A stretch of DNA of 64,000 bases from an uncultured bacterium (GCA_963716985.1 OY970323.1:1457942-1521941); one strand, 5' to 3'. Positions 18,261-32,582 are shown, numbered from the stretch's first letter. Program-made: numbers and translations. Notes: generated by a model not told the origin, from the letters alone.

Positions 18261-19978
18261 GTAAGTTCTCAAAAACGTCTGGGAAAAACTAAAAACTTGC
18301 CGGCGATGCCTGTGATTTTTGTTCAATAAGATCTTTCATCCGGGGAATTTTTTTTGCATTTACAAGCCTGTCTTTCAAATAGTCACAAAAACTGATGCCT
18401 AATTTCATGCAGGTTTTCTTGAGACTTGCAAAAGTGTCTCTGGCTTTGCGGCCAGCTTCGCTTCGTGTGCCTCCAGAGATCTTTCTCCGCTTTGCATATT
18501 CACGGATATCTCTTTCGCAGTCATTGTTATGAAGAGGAATAAATGGATACTTAAGGACGAGCAAGAGCCCGTCTTTTCTTGACCGGGTATTCGCAAGAAG
18601 TGAATTTATGGCTGCACTTTTGTATGCTTTGCCGAAAATCTGATCGAATCGATCTTCAAGAGTTTTCTGCAGGACAAGAGTCGGTTTTTTCTTGTATTCT
18701 TTCAGCGCTTCATAAAAATCCCAAATATCTGAACGAACCATTTCAAGCTCTATTTTTTCAACATCTGATAGAGGAATCAGTTTTCGATAATGACGTTCTT
18801 CATGGACCCAACAAAGCCCATTTAGAAAAATTGCAAACTGTCTTGCAGCATCACTTATCGTAATCAGAAATGGGTTGACTCCTTTTTCCAAAGCCCCGCC
18901 TAAAAGAGCCGCTTCAGTAGCAATTCTACGATCTTTTTCAGATTCGATTTTTTGTTTTTTAAGGAAATTTTCCCAGAAAGCGCTTTCTTGAAATTGTTTA
19001 CCTTTATGCCTCTCCAGGGCTGCAAGAGATTTTTCTCCAATCCCATGCTCGAAAGCATAATTTAAGCTCTCTTCCGTTAGAGCATACAATTCTTCTTTGC
19101 CCTGCAAGATTTTTAAAAAATTGATTCGACTTTTAGAACCTGTGCTTTCAAAGTAAGTAAACAAGGGACTGCCTATGGCCGTGCAGTATCCGTTCTTCCC
19201 GTCGTGTCTTGCACCTGTATCATCTGCATTAAGAAATTTACTGAAAACCAGGCCGGCTTTGAGGATCTCTTCTTTTTCTTGGTGAAAGCTTTCTTTGTTC
19301 TGAATCAGAATATTGCTGAGTTGAGCCGGGGAAATGTCGATTCCCATTTCATAAAGCTGTTCTAACAAAAGAGGCTCTGTCACATGACACTGGTGATACT
19401 GCGAGAGGCAATAAGCAATCAGTTCAGCCCCAAAATGACCTTGTTGATATTCCGGGGGAAGTTCTCCACGAATACGTGACCCGTCAGGACTCAAATAGAC
19501 GCAAGGCGAAATTGTATTTCAAGAGACTCTATGCGGAGATCTTGAACGTTGTAGGTATCATAGCCCTTAAAAATCGATCCGGCAGGAATATTGTTGGGCA
19601 AAACTGTCTTTTGCTCTTTTTTTCTTTGTCTGCGAGAAGAAGAACGATGAATATCAGAGTTTTTGGGAGGCGGCTTATTTTTTGCATCATCAGCAGTTCT
19701 TGAAGGGGATAATTTTGGCCGTGGTTTTTGACCTTTAAGTTTTGCAATTTCATCTTTGAGATGAGCGTTTTCTTCCGTCAATTCCTGAATGATCCTAAGG
19801 CAAACCTGAAGCAATTCGACCAACTTGTTGATGGTTGGATCTAGAACAAGATTCTCGGGAATTTCAGGAATTTGCAGTTTCATTCCTGAAATCATATATG
19901 GAAATAGCCTTAAAGACAAAATAAAAATTTAAGTTTACTTGAGGCGTTATGCTTTACCAAGGGTTTTTGAGAACTTAC
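18261..19978 (-). mobile_element. Divergent IS66-family element, 1718 bp
   Basis: 16-bp perfect TIR GTAAGTTCTCAAAAAC. 8-bp TSD AAACCCTG at 18253-18260 and 19979-19986. Confidence 0.93.
18289..19883 (-). pseudogene. IS66 transposase split by a one-base frameshift near 19500
   Basis: ORFs 19491-19919 and 18289-19494 together align with the intact 543-aa transposase (DDTGARH, CWVHEERH, HNNDCERD). Confidence 0.85.
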
Positions 19979-20021
19979 AAACCCTGGGGTTACGATCTAC
20001 TCATTAATCGAATTTACATCC

Positions 20022-20221
20022 CTAGTGCTCTGTCATAGTTAAAATTTAGGATTATAAGTTTGGCAACGGTCGGCATAAACTCAAGTCAATTTATCCTAAA
20101 ATTAAAGAATGGCAGAGCACTAGTGCTCTGTCATAGTTAAAATTTAGGATTATAAGTTTGGCAACGGTCGGCATAAACTCAAGTCAATTTATCCTAAAAT
20201 TAAAGGGTGACAGAGCACTAG
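20022..20221. mobile_element. Head-to-tail doublet of a 98-bp MITE-like element with ~30-bp imperfect TIRs, bounded by CTAG
   Basis: CTAG at 20022, 20120 and 20218; ends TAGTGCTCTGTCA...TG(G/A)CAGAGCACTA; removal restores the M48 reading frame. Confidence 0.85.
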
Positions 20222-20846
20222 CAACTTTTCTTGGCTTCTTACATTAGCAGGCGATGATTTTTTCTTGGCTCACGAGTTTTCGCATTGCTAAGACAAAAAA
20301 CTCAAATGGCTTCAGCTTGGTTATTTGGGAATGATGGGGATGATGGGGGTAGGCATTTGGCAACGTGATAAAATAAGCCAGATAGACAGCCGGATAGATA
20401 AGGCTATTTTGACCATAGCGGGCCCAACCACCCGAGTATTCATGGAGGTGGGTGCTGCATTCTGCGCCGGGATGGCTTTTATCCTTGCTGATACAGCTCT
20501 TGACCGAAACAGAGAAGGATTTGCAGATAAAAATGCCTTAAAGTATGTATCCACTCTGGAAAAGGTCAAAGGCATTGTTACCTTCACCTATTTCCAAAAA
20601 AAAGGACATGGACTAGGAGGCATGTTATCCACTCACCCATCTCACAAAAAGCGAATCGAATGGATTAGAGAAAGCATTGGACGGGAAAATCTATTTCTTC
20701 GCGTCTATGCAAAAGTTCTTTTGGGTTTTTTCATGACTGCCTTGCGTATAAAGCTTTTTTTCGAAAACGCATCATGCTTGCGGCCTGCTGGCCGAGCTGT
20801 CGCGCCTTAAAACATTTCTTATTTCCACAATTATTTCCACAAAGCC

Positions 20847-20875
20847 TTGACTTTTATTTAAAATGTTAGTAAAAT
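20847..20875 (+). promoter_or_regulatory. Sigma66/70-type promoter of the M48 peptidase gene
   Basis: TTGACT-17 nt-TAAAAT, followed by an AAAGGA RBS before ATG 20933. Confidence 0.7.
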
Positions 20876-20932
20876 ATATTAAACGATTTAGTTTTTAATT
20901 TATTTTAAAACATAATTTATAAAAGGATTATT

Positions 20933-21616
20933 ATGTCTGTAAAATTTGAATTTGGTCCGGGGATCAGTTGGTATACAAAATACCGCGTTCGCCATATGGC
21001 TGAAAAAATGCATGTGAAAAGTTCACGGCCCATTCAAGTAATGCTGCGGCATGACTGGAGTTCTTCACAATCTCTTAATCGGATTTACATTCCCTATAAC
21101 TTTTTCTGGATCGTAGATGAAGCGGATGATTTCAGCCTCGCTCACGAATTTTCGCACCTTCAAGATAAAACCATCCTGCCGAAAAGCTTATGGTCTCAAA
21201 TAGGCGTCTGCTCGTGCGTGCTAGCCATTTTAGGACTAGGTTTCGGTTGGGGATCGGAAGGTCTATGGAAGGCAAAAGCACTGAAAGCAAGCGCAGTTGT
21301 AAGCTGTTTTTGCATAACAAACCTACTGCTCCGCTTATCAACGCTTGCTCATTTTCGACGAAAAGAAGAACGTGCGGACAAGAATGCGCTACAATACATA
21401 TCCACGAAGGAAAAAGTCAAAGCCATCGTTGATTTTTCTTATCTCCAGCGAGACACTCCTCCTTCAGGGGGCCTATTTTCCACCCACCCCTCCGACGAAA
21501 AGCGAATCGAATGGATCAAAGAGAGCATCAGACGGGAACATGTATTTCTTCGCCTCTATGCAAAAACTCTTTTGTTTTTCTACATATGCGGATCCGGCTT
21601 AAAAGTATCCCTTTGA
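20933..21616 (+). CDS. M48 (HtpX/Ste24-like) zinc metallopeptidase, 227 aa
   Basis: HEFSH (HExxH), two TM helices, EERAD, STHPSDEKRI. The stop codon overlaps the end of the TnpB relic. Confidence 0.75.
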   Translation: MSVKFEFGPGISWYTKYRVRHMAEKMHVKSSRPIQVMLRHDWSSSQSLNRIYIPYNFFWIVDEADDFSLAHEFSHLQDKTILPKSLWSQIGVCSCVLAILGLGFGWGSEGLWKAKALKASAVVSCFCITNLLLRLSTLAHFRRKEERADKNALQYISTKEKVKAIVDFSYLQRDTPPSGGLFSTHPSDEKRIEWIKESIRREHVFLRLYAKTLLFFYICGSGLKVSL

Positions 21617-22105
21617 ACCTCCCTCGCCTAAAGGCGAAGGATTCCTGCTTCACAGCTCCCGGCAACCCGGGCAGCTCCACAGGCTTTAGACCGACGCACC
21701 GACAGCCCAATTTTTTATATTGATTGCAGCATTCAAATCTCTGTCTATCCTTTGTCCGCATGCGCAGATATATTCTCTTTGTCCCAGGTCCATTTTTTGT
21801 CTGCGACCACATTTTGAACAAAGACGTGTGCTTCCTAAGAGACTTGAAACTTCGTATAGTGTTTTGCCATATTCAAGAGCTTTGTTTTTAAGACACTCTA
21901 AAAACATTCCCCATCCAACATCAAGGACAAGCTCGTTACTTTGATCAAAGAGAGAGAGCTGTTTCTCTTCTCTTTTTCCCAAGCCTCTTTTTTTTGAGCC
22001 AAACCCCAATTGAAGATCCATCTCTTGGCTCCGGCAAACTGAGCAAAAAAAATCTCACTCGTTTTTTGGGGCAACAGAAGGACTGAAAAATTTCGTGCAA
22101 TTTCC
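21613..22105 (-). mobile_element. tnpB: IS200/IS605 relic: internally deleted, frameshifted tnpB with intact right-end hairpin and omegaRNA region
   Basis: N-terminal HTH (FAQFAGAKRWIFNWGLAQKKEAWEKE) fused to the C-terminal part (GWGMF, CSKC, CACG...DRDLNAAINI). Right end GAAGCAGGAATCCTTCGCCTTTAGGCGAGGGAGGTTCAA. Confidence 0.85.
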
Positions 22106-22107
22106 CT

Positions 22108-22230
22108 GGGAAGTATAAGAAGATGAGAGGACATTTTAGAAGAGCCATATACTGGCTGGGAAGAATTGCGAAGAGCAATCCTCAGCTGTATGAGCACTGG
22201 AGAATGGTTAAACCTAAAAACGGCAGTTGA
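22108..22230 (+). pseudogene. 40-codon scrap of the C-terminus of a group II intron RT/maturase
   Basis: Translates as GKYKKMRGHFRRAIYWLGRIAKSNPQLYEHWRMVKPKNGS*, resembling the maturase tail KYKKLRGH..RA..WL.RIA...P.LF.HW. No domain V found. Confidence 0.6.
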
Positions 22231-22406
22231 ACCGCTCCGCACAATCAAAACTTTCGCGATTCTCCTCTAAAAATCAATGTTATTGCTCAAATTTATCCAC
22301 TCACCTATTGGGTGGGCGTGAAAGTTCAAGATAGAATTTATTTCTGAGAGAGAAATTTACAATTTTCAGGTCATGCAGAGCGGTTCAACTGCCGTTTTTA
22401 GGTTTA
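22209..22406. repeat. 198-bp non-coding element with 33-bp terminal inverted repeats (MITE-like)
   Basis: 22209-22241 and 22374-22406 are reverse complements with one mismatch (TAAACCTAAAAACGGCAGTTGAACCGCTC...). Confidence 0.8.
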
Positions 22407-22438
22407 AAAGGGAACAAAAACTCTCGAAGAATCAAGCC

Positions 22439-22470
22439 AAAAAAAAAGCCCGAGGAGTTCTTCCTCGGGC
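22439..22470 (-). terminator. Intrinsic terminator of the rRNA operon
   Basis: GCCCGAGGA-AGAAC-TCCTCGGGC hairpin plus a T9 run on the minus strand, just after 5S. Confidence 0.88.
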
Positions 22471-22482
22471 ATATATTAAAAA

Positions 22483-22597
22483 ACTGGCAGCGACCTACTC
22501 TCCCATACTCTTGTGCATAGTACCATCGGCGAAAAAAGGCTTAACTTCTGAGTTCGAAATGGGTTCAGGTGTTTCCCTCTTTCCATGACCACCAGCA
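22483..22597 (-). rRNA. rrf: 5S rRNA (ends approximate)
   Basis: Reverse complement of CTGGCAGCGACCTACTCTCCC...GTACCATCGGCG...GAGTTCGAAATGGG. Confidence 0.93.
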
Positions 22598-22644
22598 AAG
22601 CTTTTTCATTGAATCAAGTTGGTGTTTGAGCCGTTAAAAAAATA

Positions 22645-25585
<2,941 letters not shown>

Positions 25586-25782
25586 TCTTTACTTTTTCGC
25601 CGTCTCAAACACCAGCTCGGTTCAATGAACTTTTATTCTTAAACTTTGCTTTGCTTTGTTTTGTTTCTATTCTTGCTGATCATTCGACTTTCAAGGTTTT
25701 GACAATGGAAGGGAAGAGACGAGAAGAAAGTTTGCATCCCAACCTAGGATCTGGATAAACGTGGGTCTATCCATTTCGTCCT

Positions 25783-27336
<1,554 letters not shown>

Positions 27337-27726
27337 GAATAAGATCTTTATTTAAACTTTTTGACGGAGAAGAGAGTTCCCTCTCTTCTCACACAAACTT
27401 CACTTTCGTCTCTTCTCTTCCACTGTCAAAAACGCATAAGCAGTCTTGCTGCTCTTTTTCTTAAAGAAGCTGTTTGCCTTCAAAAGAATAGAGTAAACAT
27501 ACTCGGGTCTTTGATTTTCACGCAAGCACTAATGAAAAAAAATCACCAACCCGTCTCGTTTCCCTATGAAAACATTCTCTCTGCTGCAAACATTTCCCTT
27601 TCGATCGCACGCATGCAACAAGCGTTGCCAGAATGCATCAAAAACAATTTATAATTAAAATTTTGATTTTTAATTAGCATTTTTGATAGAGATCGAATTA
27701 AGGATTAACTTTGGAGGAAATCCAAA

Positions 27727-28110
27727 ATGGCATATTCAATTTTTTTAGGTCAATTTCTTGGCATAGGCTTCATCATCATGAGCCTGGCTTTTTTACTCAA
27801 CACAAAGCACCATGAAAAAGCGTGCAATGAGATCGCTGAAAGCTCCACTCTCTGGATACTTGTCAGCAGCCTGATGTTTTTCTTCGGGATGATTATCGTC
27901 TTCACGCATAATCTTTGGGTTCGCGACTGGCGGGTTTTAACAACCGTGATCGGCTGGGTATTTTTGATCTCGGGAGTATTACGCCTGCTCTTCCAAAATC
28001 GCACGATGAGCTTGTGCAAAAAAGCAAATATGAAAAAACTCCCCCATCGATTCTGCTGGATTACTCTAATCTTAGGAGCAATCCTTCTCTACGCAAGCAT
28101 CTATTTTTAA
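27727..28110 (+). CDS. Small 4-TM membrane protein, 127 aa
   Basis: GGAGG RBS; four hydrophobic segments; HNLWVRDWRVL. Confidence 0.7.
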   Translation: MAYSIFLGQFLGIGFIIMSLAFLLNTKHHEKACNEIAESSTLWILVSSLMFFFGMIIVFTHNLWVRDWRVLTTVIGWVFLISGVLRLLFQNRTMSLCKKANMKKLPHRFCWITLILGAILLYASIYF

Positions 28111-28163
28111 TACGTAAAAGAAAGACAAACGAAAAGCCTGCTTTCTTCAAGTCGGCTTTTCGC

Positions 28164-29396
28164 TTATTCGTCTCTTTCTTCTTCGATATGCAACGCTTTT
28201 CTCACATCTTTCATGATAAAAAAACTGCCGCAAACTAAAAGAAGTTCTTTTTTCTGAGAAGAAAGGGAAAAACCATTGCGAACGCCTTCCGTCAAATTTT
28301 TTTCGACGGAAATCTCTTCAAAAGCAGACTTTTTGAGCAATTGTGCAATGTCTTTTGGAAAAGCTAGGCGCTTGTGATCCGCTCTTACAAGATGAACGTG
28401 AGATGCCATTTTTGCAAGCACTTGCATGCATCGGTCGATATCTTTGTCTTTTGACATTCCACAGATCACCCGCGGCTTTTGGTCCGAGTAGAAATAACGC
28501 CACGTTTTCAAAAGAGATCGAAACCCATCGGGATTATGGGCCACATCAAAAACGATCGCTTTGGGAAAGTGGGGGAAATTTTTCGCAAAAGGCGCGCTTT
28601 CATTTACAACCTCAAAACGGCATTTCGGCCGCATGTTCAGGCCGCTTTGGATATGCTCCTCTTCAAGGGAAAAGCGCTTTTGCAACTCTTTGAGAGCCGA
28701 CAGAGCAATCCGTCTGTCTTCTTCATCAAAATAAGGGCCCTCTTCAGAAACGAAAATCATTGGGCTTTCGAGCCTCTGCGCCTGTTTCCGGATAATCTTC
28801 TGATGGGCTTTAGGCCCTAAAATCAAGGGAACTCTTCGCTTGATAATGCCCGCTTTTTCCTTGGCAATTTGATCGATTCGATTGCCTAAAAGCTCCGTAT
28901 GATCCAAGCGCACGGAAGTAATTACGCTCAAAATCGGAAAGATCACGTTGGTCGCATCCAACCTTCCTCCCAATCCCACCTCGATTACGGCAACATCCAC
29001 CTTCACTCGTGCGAAATATTCGAAGCAAAGAAGAGTCATGAGTTCAAAAAAAGAAAGGGTTAGCCCAAGACTTTTCGAAAGAGAGAGCAATTTTTCCATC
29101 CCCAAAACCATCTCTTCCTTTGCAATCATTGCGCCATCGACGCAAATCCTTTCTCTAAAAGACGAGACATGGGGAGAAGTATAAAGCCCCGTGCACAGAC
29201 CGGACAAACGCAGCGCCTCTGCAATTTTCGTTGCCACAGATCCCTTCCCATTGGTTCCGGCAACGTGAACAGATAAAAAAGAGCGATCGGGGAAACCCAG
29301 TGCTTTTTGCAGCAGCTGCATGTTCCGAAGATGATATTTTTCCCGAATGGGGGGATGGTCAACCAACTCTTTCAAAAGCTCATGATAGCGATCCAT
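28164..29396 (-). CDS. folC: Folylpolyglutamate synthase / dihydrofolate synthase
   Basis: HVAGTNGKGSV, YTSPH, EVGLGGRLDATN, DVAHN. Confidence 0.95.
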   Translation of the reverse strand: MDRYHELLKELVDHPPIREKYHLRNMQLLQKALGFPDRSFLSVHVAGTNGKGSVATKIAEALRLSGLCTGLYTSPHVSSFRERICVDGAMIAKEEMVLGMEKLLSLSKSLGLTLSFFELMTLLCFEYFARVKVDVAVIEVGLGGRLDATNVIFPILSVITSVRLDHTELLGNRIDQIAKEKAGIIKRRVPLILGPKAHQKIIRKQAQRLESPMIFVSEEGPYFDEEDRRIALSALKELQKRFSLEEEHIQSGLNMRPKCRFEVVNESAPFAKNFPHFPKAIVFDVAHNPDGFRSLLKTWRYFYSDQKPRVICGMSKDKDIDRCMQVLAKMASHVHLVRADHKRLAFPKDIAQLLKKSAFEEISVEKNLTEGVRNGFSLSSQKKELLLVCGSFFIMKDVRKALHIEEERDE

Positions 29397-30222
29397 GTTT
29401 TAACCTGTCGAAAACATCTTTAGCCACCCAGGCGCTTCCGAGAGAATGAGAAGTTCTTTCAGGACCATGAAAATCCGATCCCCCTGTCACAACCCACCCC
29501 TTTTGTTTCGAAAGAGAGTTCCACTTCTTTTCATCTTGAGGCAAAAGCCGCGGATAGCGCCCCTCAATTCCGTCAAATGGGAGCTCAAACAAGCTATGTA
29601 ATACGCTTTTATGAACGATCTGATAGGGATGTGCAATGATCGCCCTTCCATTGCTTTCATGAATTTTTTGAATCACTTCTAAGGAAGAATACTTTTCCGC
29701 CTGCACATAGCAGCTGCCGCCATCTTTTAAATAAAGCTGAAAGGCCTGCATGTAAGAGGTGACATATCCCTTTTGCAGTAAAAGGGCGGCGATGTGGGGC
29801 CGTCCGATCGATGATAGGCGCCCCCGATTGCATTTCTGAGCAAAATCCACAAGCTCTTCTTTCTGTAGCAGCATTCCCTTTTGGCCAAGCTTTTTTACAA
29901 TTTCCAGATTCCTTTTCCAGCGTCTTTGTTGAATGTCCGCTAAAAAACTCCTCAGCCATTTCGAGTCGAGGGCAAATCCATAGCCCAAGATATGCACATT
30001 CTCTTCTCTCCATTGAGATGAAATTTCCACTCCGGCAAGAAGTTCGATTTCCAAAGATTTGGCCAGGGCAAACAACTCATCCGAATAGCCATCAATCGTA
30101 TCATGGTCCGTAATCGAAATGCCCTGCAGTCCGATTTCTTTCGCCAAATGAAGAATCTCTTCCGGGGCCAATGTTCCGTCAGAATAGCTGCTATGGCAAT
30201 GCAAATCAGCACGAAAGCTCAT
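29380..30222 (-). CDS. PHP-domain phosphoesterase
   Basis: DLHCHSSYSDG, ITDHDT, AHP, GGSDFHG. Start moved to 30222. Confidence 0.9.
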   Translation of the reverse strand: MSFRADLHCHSSYSDGTLAPEEILHLAKEIGLQGISITDHDTIDGYSDELFALAKSLEIELLAGVEISSQWREENVHILGYGFALDSKWLRSFLADIQQRRWKRNLEIVKKLGQKGMLLQKEELVDFAQKCNRGRLSSIGRPHIAALLLQKGYVTSYMQAFQLYLKDGGSCYVQAEKYSSLEVIQKIHESNGRAIIAHPYQIVHKSVLHSLFELPFDGIEGRYPRLLPQDEKKWNSLSKQKGWVVTGGSDFHGPERTSHSLGSAWVAKDVFDRLKHGSLS

Positions 30223-31097
30223 TGGGTATCTCCGTAAGGAAGGAAGCGAACCTCTTTTTCTAAGCGAATGCCAAATTTTTCCCAAACGCGCGATTGGATC
30301 AGCGAAATAAGTTCCAAAACGTCCCTGCAGGTAGCTCCCCCTTCATTCACAATGAAATTTGCATGAAGATCGGAAACCTTGGCGCCCCCCAACACAAATC
30401 CTTTCAGACCGCTCTTTTCGATCAAAGCGCCTGCGGAAATCTCCCCGCTTGGGTTGCGAAAGATGCAACCTGCGCTTTTTTTATCCAAAGGTTGCGTTTT
30501 TTTCCGATAGGCTAAATAAAATTTTTCCCTTTCCCTCGCTTCTTGGGATGAATGCAAAGAGAAAAGAGCGCTCGCAATCGCACCCTTCATCTCTTGAAAA
30601 GGAGAATATCGATATCCAAATCTTAATTCGGAAGAGAGAAAATTCTTCTCCTCCCCCCGGTCAGTAATGAAAAGCACTTCTTTTAGAACGAATGCGATCT
30701 CCTTCCCGTGCGCTGAAGCATTCATATAAATCGCGCCGCCCACGGTTCCCGGGATGCCGGAGGCAAATTCCAACCCGGCAAGGGAGTTGCGAACACTCCA
30801 TGCGCCCAATTGGGAAAAACCCGCACCGCTCCCCACTCGTATCGTCTCTTTTTCATGTGCGAAAAAATCAATCTGATTGTGAATCACCAAACCCCGGTAT
30901 CCCTGATCGTCAAAAAGACAATTGGAGCCCTTCCCGAGGATAAAAAAAGGAAGTTGCTTCAAGGCAGCAAATTGAAGAGCTTCTTTCATCTCTTCCCTAT
31001 CTCTTACTGCAAGGTAATAGGAAGCACTGCCTCCGACTCCCATCGTTGAAAGCGTTTTTAAGGAGCGGTTTGTCTCGATTCTCTCTTGGATTTGCAT
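30219..31097 (-). CDS. murB: UDP-N-acetylenolpyruvoylglucosamine reductase
   Basis: LGKGSNCL, GIPGTVGGAIYMNA, SAGCIFRNP, HANFIVN. Confidence 0.95.
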   Translation of the reverse strand: MQIQERIETNRSLKTLSTMGVGGSASYYLAVRDREEMKEALQFAALKQLPFFILGKGSNCLFDDQGYRGLVIHNQIDFFAHEKETIRVGSGAGFSQLGAWSVRNSLAGLEFASGIPGTVGGAIYMNASAHGKEIAFVLKEVLFITDRGEEKNFLSSELRFGYRYSPFQEMKGAIASALFSLHSSQEAREREKFYLAYRKKTQPLDKKSAGCIFRNPSGEISAGALIEKSGLKGFVLGGAKVSDLHANFIVNEGGATCRDVLELISLIQSRVWEKFGIRLEKEVRFLPYGDTQ

Positions 31098-31522
31098 GAT
31101 GAACCGATCGTTAAAGCCTCATCTTTTTTAAACAAAGTGCTTAAAAGCGCATTGATAAAACGTGCACTTTCGGGAGTCCCAAACTTCCGGCAAAGACGTA
31201 TTCCTTCCGCAAAAACAACTTTTGTCGGAACCTCTTTGACAAAAAAAAGCTCAAAAATCGCAAGCCGCAAGACATTGAGCTCCACGGGAGAAATTCGATC
31301 AAATTCATAAGCAACAGAAAGTTCCTTAATCTTTTGATCTAAAAACTCCTTCTTTTCACAGATCGCATGAACGAAATCGTAGGCTTCTTTCGCTTTTCTC
31401 TTAGTTGTTTTGATCTGCTCCATAGCAAATTCTAAGACAGGCCCCTCTTCGCCGCAAGAGAAATCCTCACCGTAAAGAAGTTGCACAATGAGCTCACGAA
31501 ACTTCTGCTTAGGCAATGCCAT
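31058..31522 (-). CDS. nusB: Transcription antitermination factor NusB
   Basis: ALPKQKFRE, VLRLAIFE, EGIRLCRKFG...FINALL. Confidence 0.9.
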   Translation of the reverse strand: MALPKQKFRELIVQLLYGEDFSCGEEGPVLEFAMEQIKTTKRKAKEAYDFVHAICEKKEFLDQKIKELSVAYEFDRISPVELNVLRLAIFELFFVKEVPTKVVFAEGIRLCRKFGTPESARFINALLSTLFKKDEALTIGSSCKSKRESRQTAP

Positions 31523-31823
31523 AAATAATACCTATTTGTTTTAAGCCTCTTTCCGGAGGAACCCCACCCACTTTCGAGACAACTTGTTGCAAGATAGCAA
31601 CTATCGCACAGCGAAAAAACACTTTAAACCATTCCAACTTTTACAAGAAGGAATTCTTTGCTTCCACTCGCTTACTTATGCTTAATGGAAGGGAAAAGAT
31701 TTTTTTAGAAATTTCCACATCCGCCTATCAATCAATAAGTTGTGTTTTTTTAAAAAAAAATTTATCAATTCCTTCTTGCGAAAATTCCAAAGTTCGGTAT
31801 CTTTTTCTATCTGGACACACGAG

Positions 31824-32456
31824 ATGTTGCCCATGTTTGGAATTTTTTTAGATTCGGAAACCAATGGACTGAACCCTAAAAATCATAGGCTTTTGGAAAT
31901 TGCTTATAAAATCGTTGATCTTTCCTCCGGAAAGCTAACGGAAAGCTATCATGCCATTCTCCTACAGCCAGCGGAGGTTTGGCAGAAGAGCGACCCTTCC
32001 AGCCTTCAAATTAATGGTTTTACTCAAGAGCTCCTTCAACAGAGGGGAAGTGCCGAAGAGAACGTAAAAAAGGAGATCCTTCGCTCCTTTCAAAAGATTC
32101 CCATCGGCCGAAAAAATGCCGTTTTCATCTGCCAAAACCCCTCTTTTGACCGTGCCTTTTTCTCCCAACTGATCGATCCGGATCTTCAAGAAAGCCTTTC
32201 CTGGCCCTATCATTGGCTGGATTTGGCTTCGATGTTTTGGGCCATTCGGATGGCTCGAGTCAAAAGAGACAAAAAAGAAAAATATCCCTGGGACATCGGT
32301 CTTTCTAAAGATCAAATTGCTACCTTTTACCATCTTCCCAAAGAAGCCTCTCCCCACCGCGCCATGAATGGCGTCGATCATCTGTTGTCTTGCTACCTGG
32401 CAATTGTTGGGTTTCCGGATCTCCCGGATAGACTGCAATCTTTCAAATCAACATAA
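31824..32456 (+). CDS. DEDDh 3'-5' exonuclease
   Basis: FLDSETNG, QNPSFDRAF, HRAMNGVD. Start probably 31824 or 31833 rather than 31740. Confidence 0.8.
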   Translation: MLPMFGIFLDSETNGLNPKNHRLLEIAYKIVDLSSGKLTESYHAILLQPAEVWQKSDPSSLQINGFTQELLQQRGSAEENVKKEILRSFQKIPIGRKNAVFICQNPSFDRAFFSQLIDPDLQESLSWPYHWLDLASMFWAIRMARVKRDKKEKYPWDIGLSKDQIATFYHLPKEASPHRAMNGVDHLLSCYLAIVGFPDLPDRLQSFKST

Positions 32457-32582
32457 GAAGCGGCCGCCTCCTCTTCCCTCTAATGGATTTCTGCGCTGTC
32501 AATAAAGTGGGAGGTTCTCTTTTGCCGCTCCATAAATTCCCATTGGCTCTCATGGGAAGAGCGAAAAAGAAAAAGCGATCCT

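Larger units (their letters stand above)
18136..20810 (+). pseudogene. M48-type zinc peptidase paralog disrupted by an IS66, a MITE doublet and a nonsense codon
   Basis: 18136-18260 + 19987-20025 + 20222-20810 = 753 nt in one frame, homologous to 20933-21616 (HEFSH, STHPSHKKRIEWI). Single internal TAA at 20289. Confidence 0.88.

Noticed and set aside
20022-20221. CRISPR array interpretation of the 98-bp doublet
   Set aside because: Whole units are duplicated with no unique spacers, and there are no cas genes in the window.
20819-20842. 12-bp direct repeat TTATTTCCACAA resembling DnaA boxes
   Set aside because: Each has a mismatch to TTWTNCACA, there are only two, and there is no origin context.
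25586-25782. tRNA in the 16S-23S spacer
   Set aside because: The spacer is about 200 bp and no cloverleaf or T-loop motif was seen.
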